Assembly: GCA_963817495.1 (NCBI GenBank)
Contig: CAWFOS010000003.1
Span: 18,433-82,432, forward strand
Source: an uncultured Alphaproteobacteria bacterium
GTDB taxonomy: Bacteria > Pseudomonadota > Alphaproteobacteria > Rhizobiales > Rhodomicrobiaceae
Direction of reading: 5' to 3'
Length of the DNA: 64,000 bases
Of the stretch, positions 1 through 12,407 are shown piece by piece. Under the pieces are notes generated by a model, which was given only the letters and a program-made list of their open reading frames with translations, did not search any database and had not been told where the DNA came from. Numbering within the stretch: position 1 is the first letter of the stretch; every line of letters starts with the position of its first letter. Made by a program: the position numbers and the translations under genes.

Positions 1-435
1 GACCACAGGCTTCTTCTGCCTAGCACCGATCGCGATCCACACGAAGCGTGGTATCGTATCGGTCAACTCATGATAGGCTAGCGCTGATATGAGGCAGATC
101 ACCCCTTTCGGCACCCGCTTCGCGGCCTCCGCGAGGGAATGGTTTACATCAAGAGGAGCATCGGGGAGTTGGTAAAGGCCGCGGCTGAGGTGAAGGATAA
201 GGCCGCGTTCTTTCATTCGGGAAATGGTGGCTGCGGTGATGCCGTTTTCTGTAAACTCGGAAAGCTTGGCCATACCGCGCTCGGCGAGCAGGGCAAGGGC
301 GCGATCTTGCTGGGTTGGATAGCGAGTGGTCACGTCCTGGATCATGATATGAAAAGGTGCATACGTCAAACCCATATACAACGAATCGTATCAATCTGAC
401 TAAGGCAAGCAGAGCGAACATTTATAGAGGTAACG

Positions 436-630
436 ATGGCGAAGAGGCTCACGGCCGTGAAGGAGCTGCGCGGCAAAGCCCGGATGCGCGCAGAGATCGT
501 CGAGGCCACCCGTGGAGTGCACAAGATCGGCGCGGTGAGCGGCAAGAAAACGGAAATGATAACGCTTAAAATGCTTGGTAAGAGTTGCTTTGTCAAAGGT
601 CGCGGCCTGGTGCTTTCGGATCGCGCTTGA
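436..630 (+). pseudogene. N-terminal remnant of a HigA-like/XRE antitoxin (HTH domain lost)
   Basis: MAKRLTAVKELRGKARMRAEIVEATRGVHKIGAVS...TLKMLG resembles the N-terminus of small HTH antitoxins; frameshift near 585 (ALSKVAA in another frame); no HTH follows. Confidence 0.45.
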
Positions 631-719
631 TCATGATTTGGTCCATGTATGCGACAGGGCTATTTTTGCATTCCGTAGCATGACCAAGACAGGATCGAGT
701 ACACACAAGCACGTAAGCA

Positions 720-796
720 ATGACCCAGAGGACGAAAGAGGACGGCAACTTCAGCGCGTGGCGGTTCTGCACTGCACCTATGATGGATTGGACCGA
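720..796 (+). pseudogene. dusA: Orphan 5' fragment of dusA (left attachment junction of the island)
   Basis: Encodes MTQRTKEDGNFSAWRFCTAPMMDWTD; 759-796 matches 61732-61769 at 31/38 nt, then diverges into non-coding sequence. Confidence 0.85.
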
Positions 797-949
797 TAGA
801 GAAAAAAGCATGTTGTACGTCAATGGGTTGCAATGGTGTGAGGCGACATGTCGTAATAATGTTGTAGTGGCGCGGGCGCGTGCCTGTGGGAGAAGCCATG
901 GATAATGACCGGACGAAAGCTTTCGCCACGCAGCGGCTACCGCGCCTCT

Positions 950-1141
950 GACTTAGCTTTATACACGCTGGGAACTTCGCTTATTGAGCATCGCTATTGG
1001 ACAGTGACAGGTGCGGATCAACTCGCCAGCATGGAGGGCTTTTACAAAACCCTCAGCATTATGGGGGGCTTCTTGCTGTTGTACATTACTGGTGCAGGAA
1101 AATATTCGATCGATTTATTGTGCGGCATCGCCGCGCCATGA
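950..1141 (+). pseudogene. C-terminal fragment of a DoxX-family membrane protein
   Basis: LALYTLGTSLIEHRYW...FYKTLSIMGGFLLLYITGAGKYSID is a typical DoxX C-terminus; N-terminal half absent. Confidence 0.8.
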
Positions 1142-1333
1142 CGCGGTACCCTGATCAGCGGACCTGGCCGGAGATGCTTCCCGCGCCGGCGGTCTCGTTA
1201 CAAGGACGCCGGTGCAAGCGGTGCTTTCCCAGAAACAGCGAACGCAATGATCCGAAAGCTTCCGTTGGACCTTCGTCGCTGTGGGCCAGATTCGGACATT
1301 GCGTGGTTTAAACAGCTCGGTTGCATGCGCCGG

Positions 1334-4300
1334 TCATTTGGCGGGCAGCACGGCGCGCCTGACAGGAATCTCCGTCTTCCGCTCCAAGCAGCGCCTGAGT
1401 TCCGCAACGAGAAGTTCCCGCTGAAGTGGTTTCGCGAGCGCAGCGGCGCCCTCGAACGCGCTTGCGCGTTGCTCGTGTGAATAGCCCGATAGCGTCACAA
1501 ACGCCGTGCCTCGATCGTTGAGTTCGCGAGCGACAGGCTCGGATGTTTCTCCGCCGAGATTGATATCGAGCACGGCGCCGTCGCATCCTGTGTCCTGAAT
1601 GAGCTCAATGGCGCGAGCCACCGAGTTTGCCGGCCCAACAACGTCGAAGCCTGCGTTTGTGAGAGCGTGGGCGATATCGAGCGCCACAAGCGCCTCGTCC
1701 TCAACGACAAGAATATGGGGGCGCGCGTTTGAGCGAGCGCAGCGTGCGGCGCGTCCTGCGCTTTTCGCGATTGCGGCGCGACTGCGGCCTCCCAAGATAT
1801 TGACGCTTGGGCATTGGAGCCGCCAAATCAGCCCTTCCGGCGCAAAGTCAAGTTCGACATCGGCGTCGAAACTCATCCTGGCCATACGAGAGATGACGGT
1901 CGAGCCAAATCCAGCTCGAGCAGGCTTTACCACCGGCGGTCCGCCGCTCTCACGCCAACTCATCACAAAGCGCTCTCCGCCGTCTGCAGTGCGTTCCAAG
2001 CTCCAGCCGATATCGACGCGGCCCGCGAAGTCTGAGAGCGCTCCATACTTACCGGCGTTGGTCGCCAGCTCGTGCAAGGCCATGCCTATGGTCTGAGCGG
2101 CGGACGCCAAGATGAAAAGCGAAGGCCCCCTGGGTTCAATCCGGGAGCCGATGAGATCGCTGAAATGCGCGAGCTGGGACCGGACGAGCTCGTGAAGGTC
2201 CGCGCCCCTCCACTCCGCCTTCACAAGCAGGTCCTGGCTTGCGGCGAGGGCGCTGATCCGCTCCCCGAAGCGTTCGACAAAATCATCCGGGTTTATCGCG
2301 GCTGTCTGCCGGGCGATCGCCTGGACGAGCGCCAGCATGTTCTTGGCGCGATGGTTCACCTCGCGCATCAGAAGACTGACTTGCTCCTCCTGACGCTTGC
2401 GCTCGGATATATCGGTCACAAGCGCGATCAATCGGGTGGGTGCGCCGCTGGCGCCGCGCAGAAGGGAGACGTGCTTATTCACCCATATCGGTTTGCCATC
2501 CTTGGCCACATACCGGTTCACGACCTCGAACCAAGGTATCTCTTGCGCGACAAGCCGGCGAAGCGCCATCAAATTCAACTCCCGATCCTCCGGATGCACG
2601 AGGTCGGGGAAGCTAGCTGCCCGAAGCTCCTCCTCAGTGTAGCCCAGCATAGCGGTATAAGCCGGATTGCAGGACTGGAACCGGTACTCCAGGTCCGTAA
2701 TGGAGATGCCGGTGGCAGCATGCTCAAAGATCCCCCGGAACCGCTCCTCGCTTTCGCGAAGCGCCTCTTCGGCCCGTTTGCGCTCAGTGATGTCAGTCTG
2801 CACGCCGTCCCAAATCACGGCGCCGTCTTTCGTCCGATGGGGGCGGGACTGCAATCGCATCCAGCGCACCTCGCCATCGGGGCGGCGCATCGGGATTTCC
2901 ATCTCGAAGTCGGACAGCTCGAGAGCGCTGAGCCGCTCCTTTTCGATGAGCTTCGACAAGTAGTCGGGAAGGATCTGACTGTGGAGCATGCCGGCGTCGC
3001 GCAGCACCTCCTCGACACTCACGCCATTCAGATGTTCGATCCCGGCGCTGATATAGTGGAAGCGAACCGCACCGCCCGCTTCATGACCATACCTATAAAC
3101 GGCGCTGTGTGGCAGGCTATCGCCGAGGTGGCGCAGCCGCTCCTCGCTGTCGCGCAAAGCGTCATAGGCCATTTTGCGATCGGTAATGTCGAGAAAGGCG
3201 CCGACGGCCCCGCGCACCACTCCCCCATCGTCGAGAAGGGGCAAGGCATTCCCAAAGAAATGCTTGCAGTCGCCGTCCACAAAGTGGAGCTCGAATTCCG
3301 CCCCCTTGATCATGCTCTTTGTGGCGACGGCGCGCTGCAGGGGAAGCTCGTCGGGTGTTAGAATGCGTCCTTTTGACCGGACCTCGAAATGCTGAGGCGC
3401 CTCGCCTTCGGGCGCGGATTTAGAGGCGTTGGCATCCGCGGAAAGACGCAGAAGCTCCTGGCCCGCGCGATTCAAACTCATGCGAGCGCAAACCGGGTCC
3501 TCGGCAATGAAGACTGCCGCCGGGATTGCCTCCAGGATGGCTTCTAGCTCGCGTCGCCTGAGTCGCTCCCGCTCAGCGCCGCCTCGGCTTGTTTGCGCCC
3601 GGTAATGTCCTCTGTGGCAATTAATATGCCGCCGACCTCGCCAGCGGCATCGCGCCAAGCAAGCGTTTCCCATTTTACCCATTGAACGCTGCCATCCGCA
3701 CGATCAAACCGTGCTCCCTCCGAGCGCATGATCTCGCCGCCCAGCGACCGGCGATGCACTTCCTTCCATGTTTCGGGTATTTCGGGAAACACCTCATAAT
3801 GAGAACGGCCGATGACGTCGCCCGTTATGCCGTAATCCTTCAGCCATCGGCGGCTTACGGCGATGTAACGCATCTGGCGGTCAAATTGCGCGATGCTCGC
3901 GGGCGCGTTCTCGATGAATAGCCGCAGCCGTTCCTCACTCTGGCGCAGCGCCGCCTCGGTCCTCTTTCGCTCGGTGATGTCGATGAAGGCCGCGACGGCG
4001 CCGGCTATGTTTCCGTCCGCATCGCGCAAGGGCGCCGCGTTACCGTGTAAGAAACGGCTTTCGCCATCTGGAAATCTCCATTCGAACTCATAATCCATCA
4101 CCTCCTCGCCGCGCCCGGCTCGCTGCATAGGAAGCCGATCGTTCGGCACAGGCAAGCCGTCCTTGTCGAAAACTTCGAAGCGAAGGATGCTCGGATCCGG
4201 AGCAGACTTTGAAGCGTTGGTCCCTTCAGGGATACGCATCCACGCATTGCCGATCCGGTTCCCCTGCATGGTTTCGCAGTATGGGTCGCGGCTGATCCAG

Positions 4301-5625
4301 ATTCCAGCCGGCACCGAATCGAAAACCACTTGCAATTCCGCTTCCGTGGCCGTAGCCGCCTCAAGGAGGCGGGATTTGGCCTCATTCGCCACGCGCAACT
4401 CCGCTGTGCGTTCGGCGACTATCCGCTCAAGACCAGTGCGGCGCTCTGCCTCGAGCCGCTGCAACCTTCCAATGAGGCTGGATATCAGCAGGGAGGTGAT
4501 AACGAAGATGGCCAAGGCCAGCCAATCCACTGGATGCGCCACGATGAACGACCCCACCGGCTCCATCCAGAAATAGTCCGCAAGTGCTGCAGCGAGGATC
4601 GTCGCCACAGTTCCCGCGCGAAATCCGCCGTAGAGCGCGGCCAGCACCACGGCTGGATAAAGAGTTATAAAGGTGGAGCGTGTTTCGAGGGCCGGCATAA
4701 ATACCAGACGAAGGACGGCTGCGGTGAGGACAATGGCGATGGCGACGCCATAGCGGTGTGGCGCCTGTTCCTGGGATGGAACGCGAACCACGAAGGGGGC
4801 CTCGGTGTCACGGAACGCGACATAGGCAGCGACGAGCATATAGCCGCCGCCGAGATATTGTGCAGCGCGGCTGACCCAACCCAGCACACCTCCGACCATG
4901 GTTTGCAGCATTATACCGGCGTACCCGATGACAAGCAGCAGCAACGCGAGGCCAAACCAATCGAGGAACGGAGAGCGATGAAGCTTCGCTTGTCGCTGCA
5001 ACAACAGTAGCGTTTGCAGGATTGCGAAGATGGTCGAACCAAGAACGAATTGGCGCTCCAGAGTGGCGCCTTTGCCTTGGACGAAAAAAACAGGCGTCCA
5101 ATCTTGGAAAGTCATAAACACCATGAATGCCGCCACCGCCAATGCCAGAGTATAAGTGACAAGCAGCACGGGCGCGCGATGGGTGAGGGCGGGGGAGCCG
5201 CGCTGAAGCAAGGCGGCACCGGCAAGATAGCAAAGCGACGCGCCCCAGACCATGAGGTTGTGACTGGTGACGATGGTATTGGCGTTGAAACCGGTGAGGG
5301 AGGCGAACGACGGAGAGAGACCCGAAGCGCCCCAAAGCAGCGCCCCGCACCCAAACAGCACTACGCCCGGCGCGCCTGTGATACGGAAATTGCGTGCGAA
5401 CAGGAATGCGATGCCCAGCGCCGGCAATGTAGTGAGCAGGGTACTCAGCGCAATCAAAAGTCCGGGCGACTCATGCGGCGCCTGGACATCGCTGAACCAC
5501 AGGCCGATCACGGCCACGAACAAAACCGGCAACGGAATCAGGGCGAACCAATGTGGACCGAACCGGTGTGACCGCTCTATCCCAGGGCTAACGATGTTCG
5601 GTTCGCTTTGAGCAATATCCTTCAT
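1334..5625 (-). CDS. Membrane-bound multi-PAS HWE histidine kinase with C-terminal receiver; split by one frameshift near 3575
   Basis: ORF 3544-5625 has a multi-TM N-terminus, a DUF4118-like segment and PAS/PAC repeats (DITERK). ORF 1334-3682 has more PAS, the HWE H-box EVNHRAKN, HELATNAGKYGALS, WRE and a REC domain (VVEDE...LDINL...KP). The frames join after GRKQAEAAL. Confidence 0.88.
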
Positions 5626-5783
5626 CGGCGATACTCAGACGGGTAGCCAAACCCGTTTTCCGAGAATTGTTCTTCTCCCAGAAGCTGGGTGCAGGCCTGT
5701 ATTTCAGAACCGGGACCATGTTTGCCGTCTGCTGTCAACCTCAAGGCTGCGGCTCTTGCAAGGAGGATCACTAAAAGCGGGTA

Positions 5784-6946
5784 ATACCGCCGAGCTTAAG
5801 CACTGACCGCTGGAATCCAAGGATAGGAGCATAGCGACCTTATTCGCCCTGTCTCCGCCAGGAGCCTGTTCCAGGCGTTGCAGGCGGCGTCAACGATCTC
5901 GTCGTAGTCGTCGAGGAGCCGATGCGAGAGGAAGCGCTCCTTGAGATAAAGCCAGACGCGCTCGACCGGGTTCAGTTCGGGCGAGTAGGCGGGCAGCGGA
6001 ACGAGCGTGACGTTGGCTGGAACCGCAAGCGCGTTCGAGCCATGCCAGCCTGCCTGATCAAGCACCATCACGGCATGCTCATCCCCGGCGAGCGTCTCGG
6101 AAAAGCGGTCGAGGAAGGATTGCATCGCCGCTGTATCGGCATAGGGCATCATCAGCGCGAAAGCATTGTTCGTGCCCGGCTCCACGGCTGCGAAGATGTA
6201 GGCGAAGGTGAAGCGCCTATCGCAGAGCCCCGACGGACGCGCCCGCGCTTCCACCAGATATGGCAAACGCGGCCCTTCTGGCCGATGCGCGCCTCGTCCT
6301 GGAAAAACAGGCGAAGGCGTTTGCCTTTATGACGAGTACTGATGGTTTTCAAGAGCGCCGAAGCCCCTTTTAAAGGCCTCTGCCTGGGCCGGGTCTTTTT
6401 TAGGATGGCTGGGCCTTGCCTTCTGCCGCGAGAAGCCGAGGCGCTTTAACAGCCGCCCCAGCGAGGCCGGGTGGAAGGTCTTGCCGAAGCGGGCTTCGCA
6501 GATGCGCACAAGGTCTTCGCGCGTAAACGCCGAAAGCCCGCTTTCTGGACCGGGACCTTCAAGCACGATGCGGATCAGTTCCGCCTGCTCGTCAGCTTCA
6601 AGCCTTGGCGGGCGCCCATCGCCCCAGCAATCGTAAAGGCCATCTGGGCCGTGCGCGTTGTAGCGAATGACCCAGTCCCTCAAGGTCTGGCGATCCATGC
6701 CGGCCCCCTCCGCGGCGTCCTTCCGGCTCATGCCGGAAAGCGCATTGGCGAGCGCAAGCAGCCGCCGCGCCACGCGCGTGTTCGCTTCGGCCTTCGCAAG
6801 CTTACGCAGCACAACTGGTGTCCGATCCCCTCTTATGGTCAGCGCCATGATGCGTTCCCTCCGAATCATCGCGAGAGGGGATCACGATCCCTAGCGCGTG
6901 GGAATCGCAGCAGCGCAACGAGAGTCAGTCTTTCGGTACGGCGGTA
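5784..6946 (-). mobile_element. IS630-family insertion sequence
   Basis: Imperfect terminal IRs (ATACCGCCG...ACTGAC) flanked by TA at 5782-5783 and 6947-6948; orfA (HTH) plus orfB (DDE). Confidence 0.88.
5796..6848 (-). CDS. IS630 transposase (orfA/orfB; slippery site near 6370, extra frameshift near 6240)
   Basis: orfA MDRQTLRDWVIRYN; orfB FFQDEARIGQKG, LDQAGWH, LPAYSPELNPVERVW. Confidence 0.9.
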
Positions 6947-7814
6947 TAAGACGCAGCAGGGTTCGACATAAACCTTGGTAGTCCGGGGCCGAGGTTCTCG
7001 TCGCTGAGATCAGGCGCTGCATCGGCCGCTGCGCTGCCGCTTAGAGAGACTAGTTTGATAGTTATTGATGTCTCTTGCGGATATTTGCCATGACCGTAGC
7101 ACCCTCGATTGCGGAAGTCCGACAAGCAGGTCTTAAGGTTTCCGCCAAATCGGCCTCGATGCCCGCAAATGTGTAACTTCCCCCTCTGCGAGGACAGCGG
7201 CTACACCAGCCGCGCTGCTGTCGCCCTTTCCTTGATGCAAAGATGTTAATGGAGGGCGTCGCGTTTGAGCGAAACTGGCGCCCCGGCTGTTGCCACATTC
7301 CATGCCGTGCTTTACTTGAACTACCCCTACACAGAGACTGGTTCCCAAGAGTTACGTTCATGTCTATTAGTCCATTGGAATGCAACACACCGAATGCACG
7401 CGCCGAGCACGGCAAAGACGAGCGGGTGTTCGTTGAGGCCTTTTACAAGGTCCTGGAATACCACTACCGGCTGGTCAAAGCGCTGTCGAAACGTTATCGG
7501 CATGAAGCGTGATTGGACACGATCATAATGCGTGACCGGCATGGAGTCCCAGTCACCTCGCAGGCCGCCAGCTCCTCCGGCAGCCGAAGGAATTGTTGCA
7601 GCCGCGAAAATTAGAGGTTTGGGCCATGAACGGACTCTCTTCGATCGTCGAAACTCCGAAGCCGGTCATCTTCCCTCAGCCACGATAAAGCCCGCAGCTC
7701 TAGAGACGTCGGGCAAGAGCTCATTGCCAAACTTGAGTAGCCGCGGCGTAGGTTGGGAGTAACCCGGCCAAGCTCGACAATCCGAGTCTTCAAGCTCCCA
7801 ATTAGAGAGCCGAC

Positions 7815-8960
7815 TTATCTAAATCGCAGGTTGGCGGGTGAGAGCTGATCAATGGAGGTGCAGCCCATCAGTCTCATCCCTCGAACAATTTCGGCGCGCA
7901 GGAGGCCAAGCGCCCGTTCAACGCCTGCCTGGCCAGCTGCCGCCAGAGGATAGAGATAGAAGCGCCCCACTCCCACCGCCTTGGCGCCCAGGGAAAGCGC
8001 CTTCAACACATGGGTCCCGCGCTGAACCCCACCATCCATCATGACATCGATCCTGTCGCCTACGGCATCGACGATTTCCGCAAGCTGTTCGAATGCTGCC
8101 CGGGAGCCGTCCAACTGCCGCCCGCCGTGGTTCGAAATGATGATACCACTGCAACCGATCTCGAATGCTCTTTTGGCGTCCTCGACCGCCATGATGCCCT
8201 TCAGACAGAATGGACCGTCCCAGAGTCTCACCATCTCAGCCACATCATCCCAATTCATGGTTGGGTCGAGCATTTCGGTAAAGTATCGTCCGATGGACAT
8301 GGCCCCGCCGCTCATGTCCACATGCTTTTCAAGCTGAGGCAGCTTGAACCCTTCATGAGTGAGGTAGTTGAAACCCCAGCCAGGCTTGAGAACGAACTGC
8401 ATCATGCCTCTCAGCGTGAGCGTGAACGGGATGGTGAACCCGGTGCGCAGGTCCCGTTCACGGTTGCCGCCGGTGATGCTGTCCACCGTCAGCATCATCA
8501 CCTCGACGCCAGCCTCCTTTGCTCGCGCGATCATGTCCCGGTTGAGGCCGCGATCTTTATGGAAATAAAACTGATAGACCTGCGGTGTTTTGTATTTCTG
8601 GCGCAACTCCTCGAGGCTCACCGTGCCGAGCGACGAGACCCCGAACAAGGTGCCAAACTTCGCCGCCGCGGCGCCGACAGCCCGCTCTCCGTCATAGTGA
8701 AATAAGCGCTGCAGAGCCGTCGGCGAGCAATAGAACGGGGTCGCGAGTTTCTGGCCCATGACCGTGACCGACATGTCCACGTTCTCTACGCCGCGCAGGA
8801 CATTGGGGACGAGGTCGCAACGCTCGAAGCTCTCGGTATTGCGCCGATAGGTCGTCTCATCGTCGGCCGCGCCGTCGATATAATCGAAGATCGGGCCTGG
8901 TAGGCGGTCCTTCGCAAGCCGGCGGAAATCATGAAAATTGTAGCAATCTCGCAGGCGCAT
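7815..8960 (-). CDS. FMN-dependent alpha-hydroxy-acid oxidase/dehydrogenase (LldD/glycolate oxidase family)
   Basis: FDYIDGAA, LTVD, LKGI, SNHGGRQLD and DGGVQRGTHVLKALSLGA motifs; 381 aa. Confidence 0.95.
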   Translation of the reverse strand: MRLRDCYNFHDFRRLAKDRLPGPIFDYIDGAADDETTYRRNTESFERCDLVPNVLRGVENVDMSVTVMGQKLATPFYCSPTALQRLFHYDGERAVGAAAAKFGTLFGVSSLGTVSLEELRQKYKTPQVYQFYFHKDRGLNRDMIARAKEAGVEVMMLTVDSITGGNRERDLRTGFTIPFTLTLRGMMQFVLKPGWGFNYLTHEGFKLPQLEKHVDMSGGAMSIGRYFTEMLDPTMNWDDVAEMVRLWDGPFCLKGIMAVEDAKRAFEIGCSGIIISNHGGRQLDGSRAAFEQLAEIVDAVGDRIDVMMDGGVQRGTHVLKALSLGAKAVGVGRFYLYPLAAAGQAGVERALGLLRAEIVRGMRLMGCTSIDQLSPANLRFR

Positions 8961-9129
8961 TCTGGAACCGCAGTTTAAGGAAGGTCATGCCTCCCAGAGC
9001 ATGTCACTGCGACAACACGTGTGGGGAGCTTTTGTCCTAAAGGAATCGGAAGACTAAGCTTTGGCTGCTGAGAGGAGCTATGGCTTGCCATGAGATCAGT
9101 ACCGCTGCTGTTTCACAACGCATCACCCC

Positions 9130-9390
9130 TCATTGCTCCAGCACGCAGCTGCCCGGGGCATCCTCCAAGACAGGGTAACCCCGGCCAGTTGCACCCAATG
9201 ACGGCGGCTTTGACACTCCCCTCGGAATGCCGCTCGAGCCAGGAAAATAGCGCCGACCACCATGACCCTTCCACGACTTTGGCGTTGGCGTACCAGGTTT
9301 CTTGGCTCGGAATAGCGCTCGCCCGGAGCGCTCGGAAATACGGTAGCGGCGCCCCTTATGGCCGGGCTCACTGACGATGCCCGCATTATG
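9130..9390 (-). pseudogene. phaC: C-terminal remnant of polyhydroxyalkanoate synthase
   Basis: Reading across frames gives HNAGIVSEPGHKGRRYR...ETWYANAKVVEGSWWSALFSWLERHS...PPSLG...YPVLEDAPGSCVLEQ*, the PhaC catalytic-His and GSWW region. Confidence 0.85.
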
Positions 9391-9688
9391 GACCTCATGG
9401 GTGGTTGGGTCCATTTCCGGATAGTGGGTAGCGATTTTCCCAATGGACGGCGCACCTGTTATGTTCAAGTCAAACGTCTCGGTGGAATACGAAGACTATC
9501 AAAAGACTAAGTACTGAATGACCGTATAACGGTCTGACCAGCTTGCATTCTCCCGCTTCTGCCAAGCTAATGCTTTTAAGATATTACAAATTCTCATGTA
9601 ACAGACATGAAAATCACGGACTCGTGAATATTGCGTGCTTATCCCACCGGAATACAATGCGAATAAAAATGTTCAGTGGGAGTTTGAA

Positions 9689-11540
9689 ATGCCCCGGATG
9701 AGAGCGGTGGACGCGGCTGTCCGTGTGCTCGAGAGGGAAGGCGTCACATGCGCTTTCGGCGTCCCTGGCGCTGCAATCAATCCGCTTTATTCAGCGTTGA
9801 GAGCTCGGGGAACAATCCGCCACGTTCTTGCGCGTCACGTCGAAGGCGCGTCGCACATGGCTGACGGTTATACGCGTGCCAAGCCCGGTAACATTGGCAT
9901 TTGCATCGGAACCTCCGGTCCTGCCGGAACAGATATGATTACAGGCCTCTACACGGCGCAGGCGGATTCACTGCCGATTTTGTGCATCACGGGCCAAGCG
10001 CCCCGGGCGCGCCTTTACAAAGAGGACTTCCAAGCGGTCGATATCGAGTTCAATCGCAAAGGCGGTCACGAAGTGGGCCGTGACGGTTCGCGAACCCGGC
10101 CTTGTGCCGATGGTCTTTCAACAGGCTTTCCACCTCATGCGATCGGGGCGTCCTGGTCCAGTCCTGATCGACCTTCCCGTCGACGTTCAAACCGCTGAGA
10201 TCGAGTACGACGATGAGACTTACGAGCGGCTGCCGGTTTACAAGCCGAAAGCAAGCCGCAAGCAAATTGAACGCGCAATCGCGATGTTGAACGCCGCCTC
10301 GCGCCCGCTCATCGTCGGGGGTGGCGGAATCATCAACGCCGATGCCTCCGACTTACTCGTGAAATTCGCCGAGACCGTCAACGTGCCCGTTGTCCCAACC
10401 TTGATGGGCTGGGGCTGCATACCGGACGATCATCCCCTCATGGCGGGGATGGTGGGGTTGCAGACAAGCCATCGGTACGGGAACGCGACGTTTTTGCGCT
10501 CGGATTTCGTGCTCGGGATCGGCAACCGCTGGGCGAACCGGCACACCGGCTCGATTGAGACCTACACAAAAGGCCGGACGTTCGTTCATGTCGATATCGA
10601 GCCCACGCAAATCGGCCGCGTCTTCAATCCCGATCTGGGCATCGTGTCGGACGCCAAGGCAGCGCTGGAGTTGTTCTGCGAGGTAGCGGCAGAGTGGAAG
10701 TCATCGGGAAGGCTGCAAGATAGGAGCGCCTGGGTGCGTGAGTGCGTCCACCGAAAAGGCCACATGCTCCGCAAGTCGCATTTCGATCAGGTCCCGCTGA
10801 AGCCGCAGCGCGTTTACGAGGAAATGAATGCCCATTTCGACCGTGACACCTGCTACGTCACGACGATCGGATTGTCGCAGATTGCGGGCGCACAGTTCCT
10901 TCACGTCTACAACCCTCGCAATTGGATCAATTGCGGGCAGGCTGGTCCCTTGGGATGGACGCTTCCGGCGGCTCTTGGCGTTCGGGCTGCAGATCCAGAT
11001 CGAAAGATCGTCGCGCTTTCCGGAGACTACGACTTCCAGTTCATGGTCGAGGAACTGGCCGTCGGCGCGCAGCACAAGCTGCCCTATCTGCATGTCGTGG
11101 TGAACAACTCCTATCTCGGCCTGATCCGCCAGGCACAGCGCGGCTTCGAGATGGATTTCGAGGTCAGCCTCGCCTTCGAAAACATCAATGCCACCGATGA
11201 AAGCAATGCGGTCCCGGCCTATGGCGTGGATCATGTCACCGTAGCCGAGGGCCTCGGCTGCAAGGCCGTTCGGGTCCGCAGTCCGAATGAATTCAAGGAA
11301 GCGTTCGCGAAGGCAGAAGCGCTGATGCAAGAGCATCAGGTGCCGGTGGTCCTCGAATTCATCGTGGAGCGGGTCACGAATATCTCTATGGGAAACGAGA
11401 TAAGCGGCGTCAACGAGTTTGAGGAAATCCTTTGTCTCGATCCCAGCCTGACCCTTGAGAATGGGTGGGTGAGCATGGCCGATCAGTCGGCAGAGCCCTC
11501 CCTTCAATCGCTGGCGCAGGGGAATGCCTCTGAGAACTAA
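9689..11540 (+). CDS. gcl: Glyoxylate carboligase (frameshift near 10050)
   Basis: [44 protein letters not shown], then W(AV)TVREPG and the ThDP motif SGDYDFQF...VVNN; one extra base at gatatcgagtt. Confidence 0.95.
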
Positions 11541-11589
11541 ATCATGAACTTTGATCGCTGAGACGGCAGCCGACCGCTGGAGAAATCGA

Positions 11590-12366
11590 ATGACGAAATT
11601 TGCCGCCAATCTCTCGATGCTCTTCACGGAAGTGCCGTTTCCGGACCGCTTTGGGGCCGCAGCCGAAGCAGGCTTCCGCGGGGTCGAGTATCTCTTCCCT
11701 TACGTACTTCAGGAAGACGATATCGCTGAACGTGTCCGCAAGCATGGCCTGACGCAAGTTTTGTTCAACCTTCCCGCTGGAAACTGGGAAGCAGGAGAGC
11801 GCGGAATAGCGTGCCATCCGGATCGCGTATCGGAATTTCAGGACGGTGTTGCCAAGGCCATCGATTACGCGCGGGCTCTTGGCTGCACGCAGGTCAACTG
11901 CCTCGCAGGGATCGCGCCGGCGGGCGTAGATGCCTCAGTTGCGCACCGGACTCTCGTGGAAAATCTGAAATTCGCCGCTTCGAAGTTGGAAGACGCGGGC
12001 ATTACTCTTCTCGCGGAGCCGGTCAACACTTACGACATCCCAGGCTTCTTCCTGAACCGCTCCGCCGAGGCCATCGCGCTCTTCGACGAGGTCGGCTCGC
12101 GCAATCTCAAACTGCAATACGACATCTATCATATGCAGCGCATGGAAGGCGAACTGGCCAACACCATTGAACGTCTGCTGCCGCGGATCGCTCACATCCA
12201 ACTGGCGGATAATCCGGGCCGGAACGAGCCGGGCACCGGCGAAATAAACTATCCCTTTCTGCTGAGCTTCATCGACCGCCTCTGTTACGACGGCTGGATC
12301 GGCTGCGAATACAAACCTCGGCATGGAACAAAAGAAGGCCTCGGCTGGATGGACCCGTATCGATAA
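11590..12366 (+). CDS. hyi: Hydroxypyruvate isomerase
   Basis: MTKFAANLSMLFTE, LQYDIYHMQRMEG, HIQLADNPGRNEPGTGEIN, GCEYKP; follows gcl. Confidence 0.95.
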   Translation: MTKFAANLSMLFTEVPFPDRFGAAAEAGFRGVEYLFPYVLQEDDIAERVRKHGLTQVLFNLPAGNWEAGERGIACHPDRVSEFQDGVAKAIDYARALGCTQVNCLAGIAPAGVDASVAHRTLVENLKFAASKLEDAGITLLAEPVNTYDIPGFFLNRSAEAIALFDEVGSRNLKLQYDIYHMQRMEGELANTIERLLPRIAHIQLADNPGRNEPGTGEINYPFLLSFIDRLCYDGWIGCEYKPRHGTKEGLGWMDPYR

Positions 12367-12407
12367 CGAGAACGAGCCACCTCTCCCAAAACAAGAAAGG
12401 TGCTTTC

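Noticed and set aside
139-430. Possible RelE/HigB toxin remnant upstream of the antitoxin fragment
   Set aside because: Only faint similarity (RAGQG, ASRANI) across frames; not supportable
2072-3361. 429-aa plus-strand ORF, and similar long antisense ORFs (12285-13469, 15222-16382, 28727-29896, 43753-44856)
   Set aside because: Shadow ORFs opposite well-supported genes, typical of high-GC codon bias
7243-7793. Short ORFs between IS630 and the oxidase
   Set aside because: No recognisable motifs or clear RBS; likely decayed DNA
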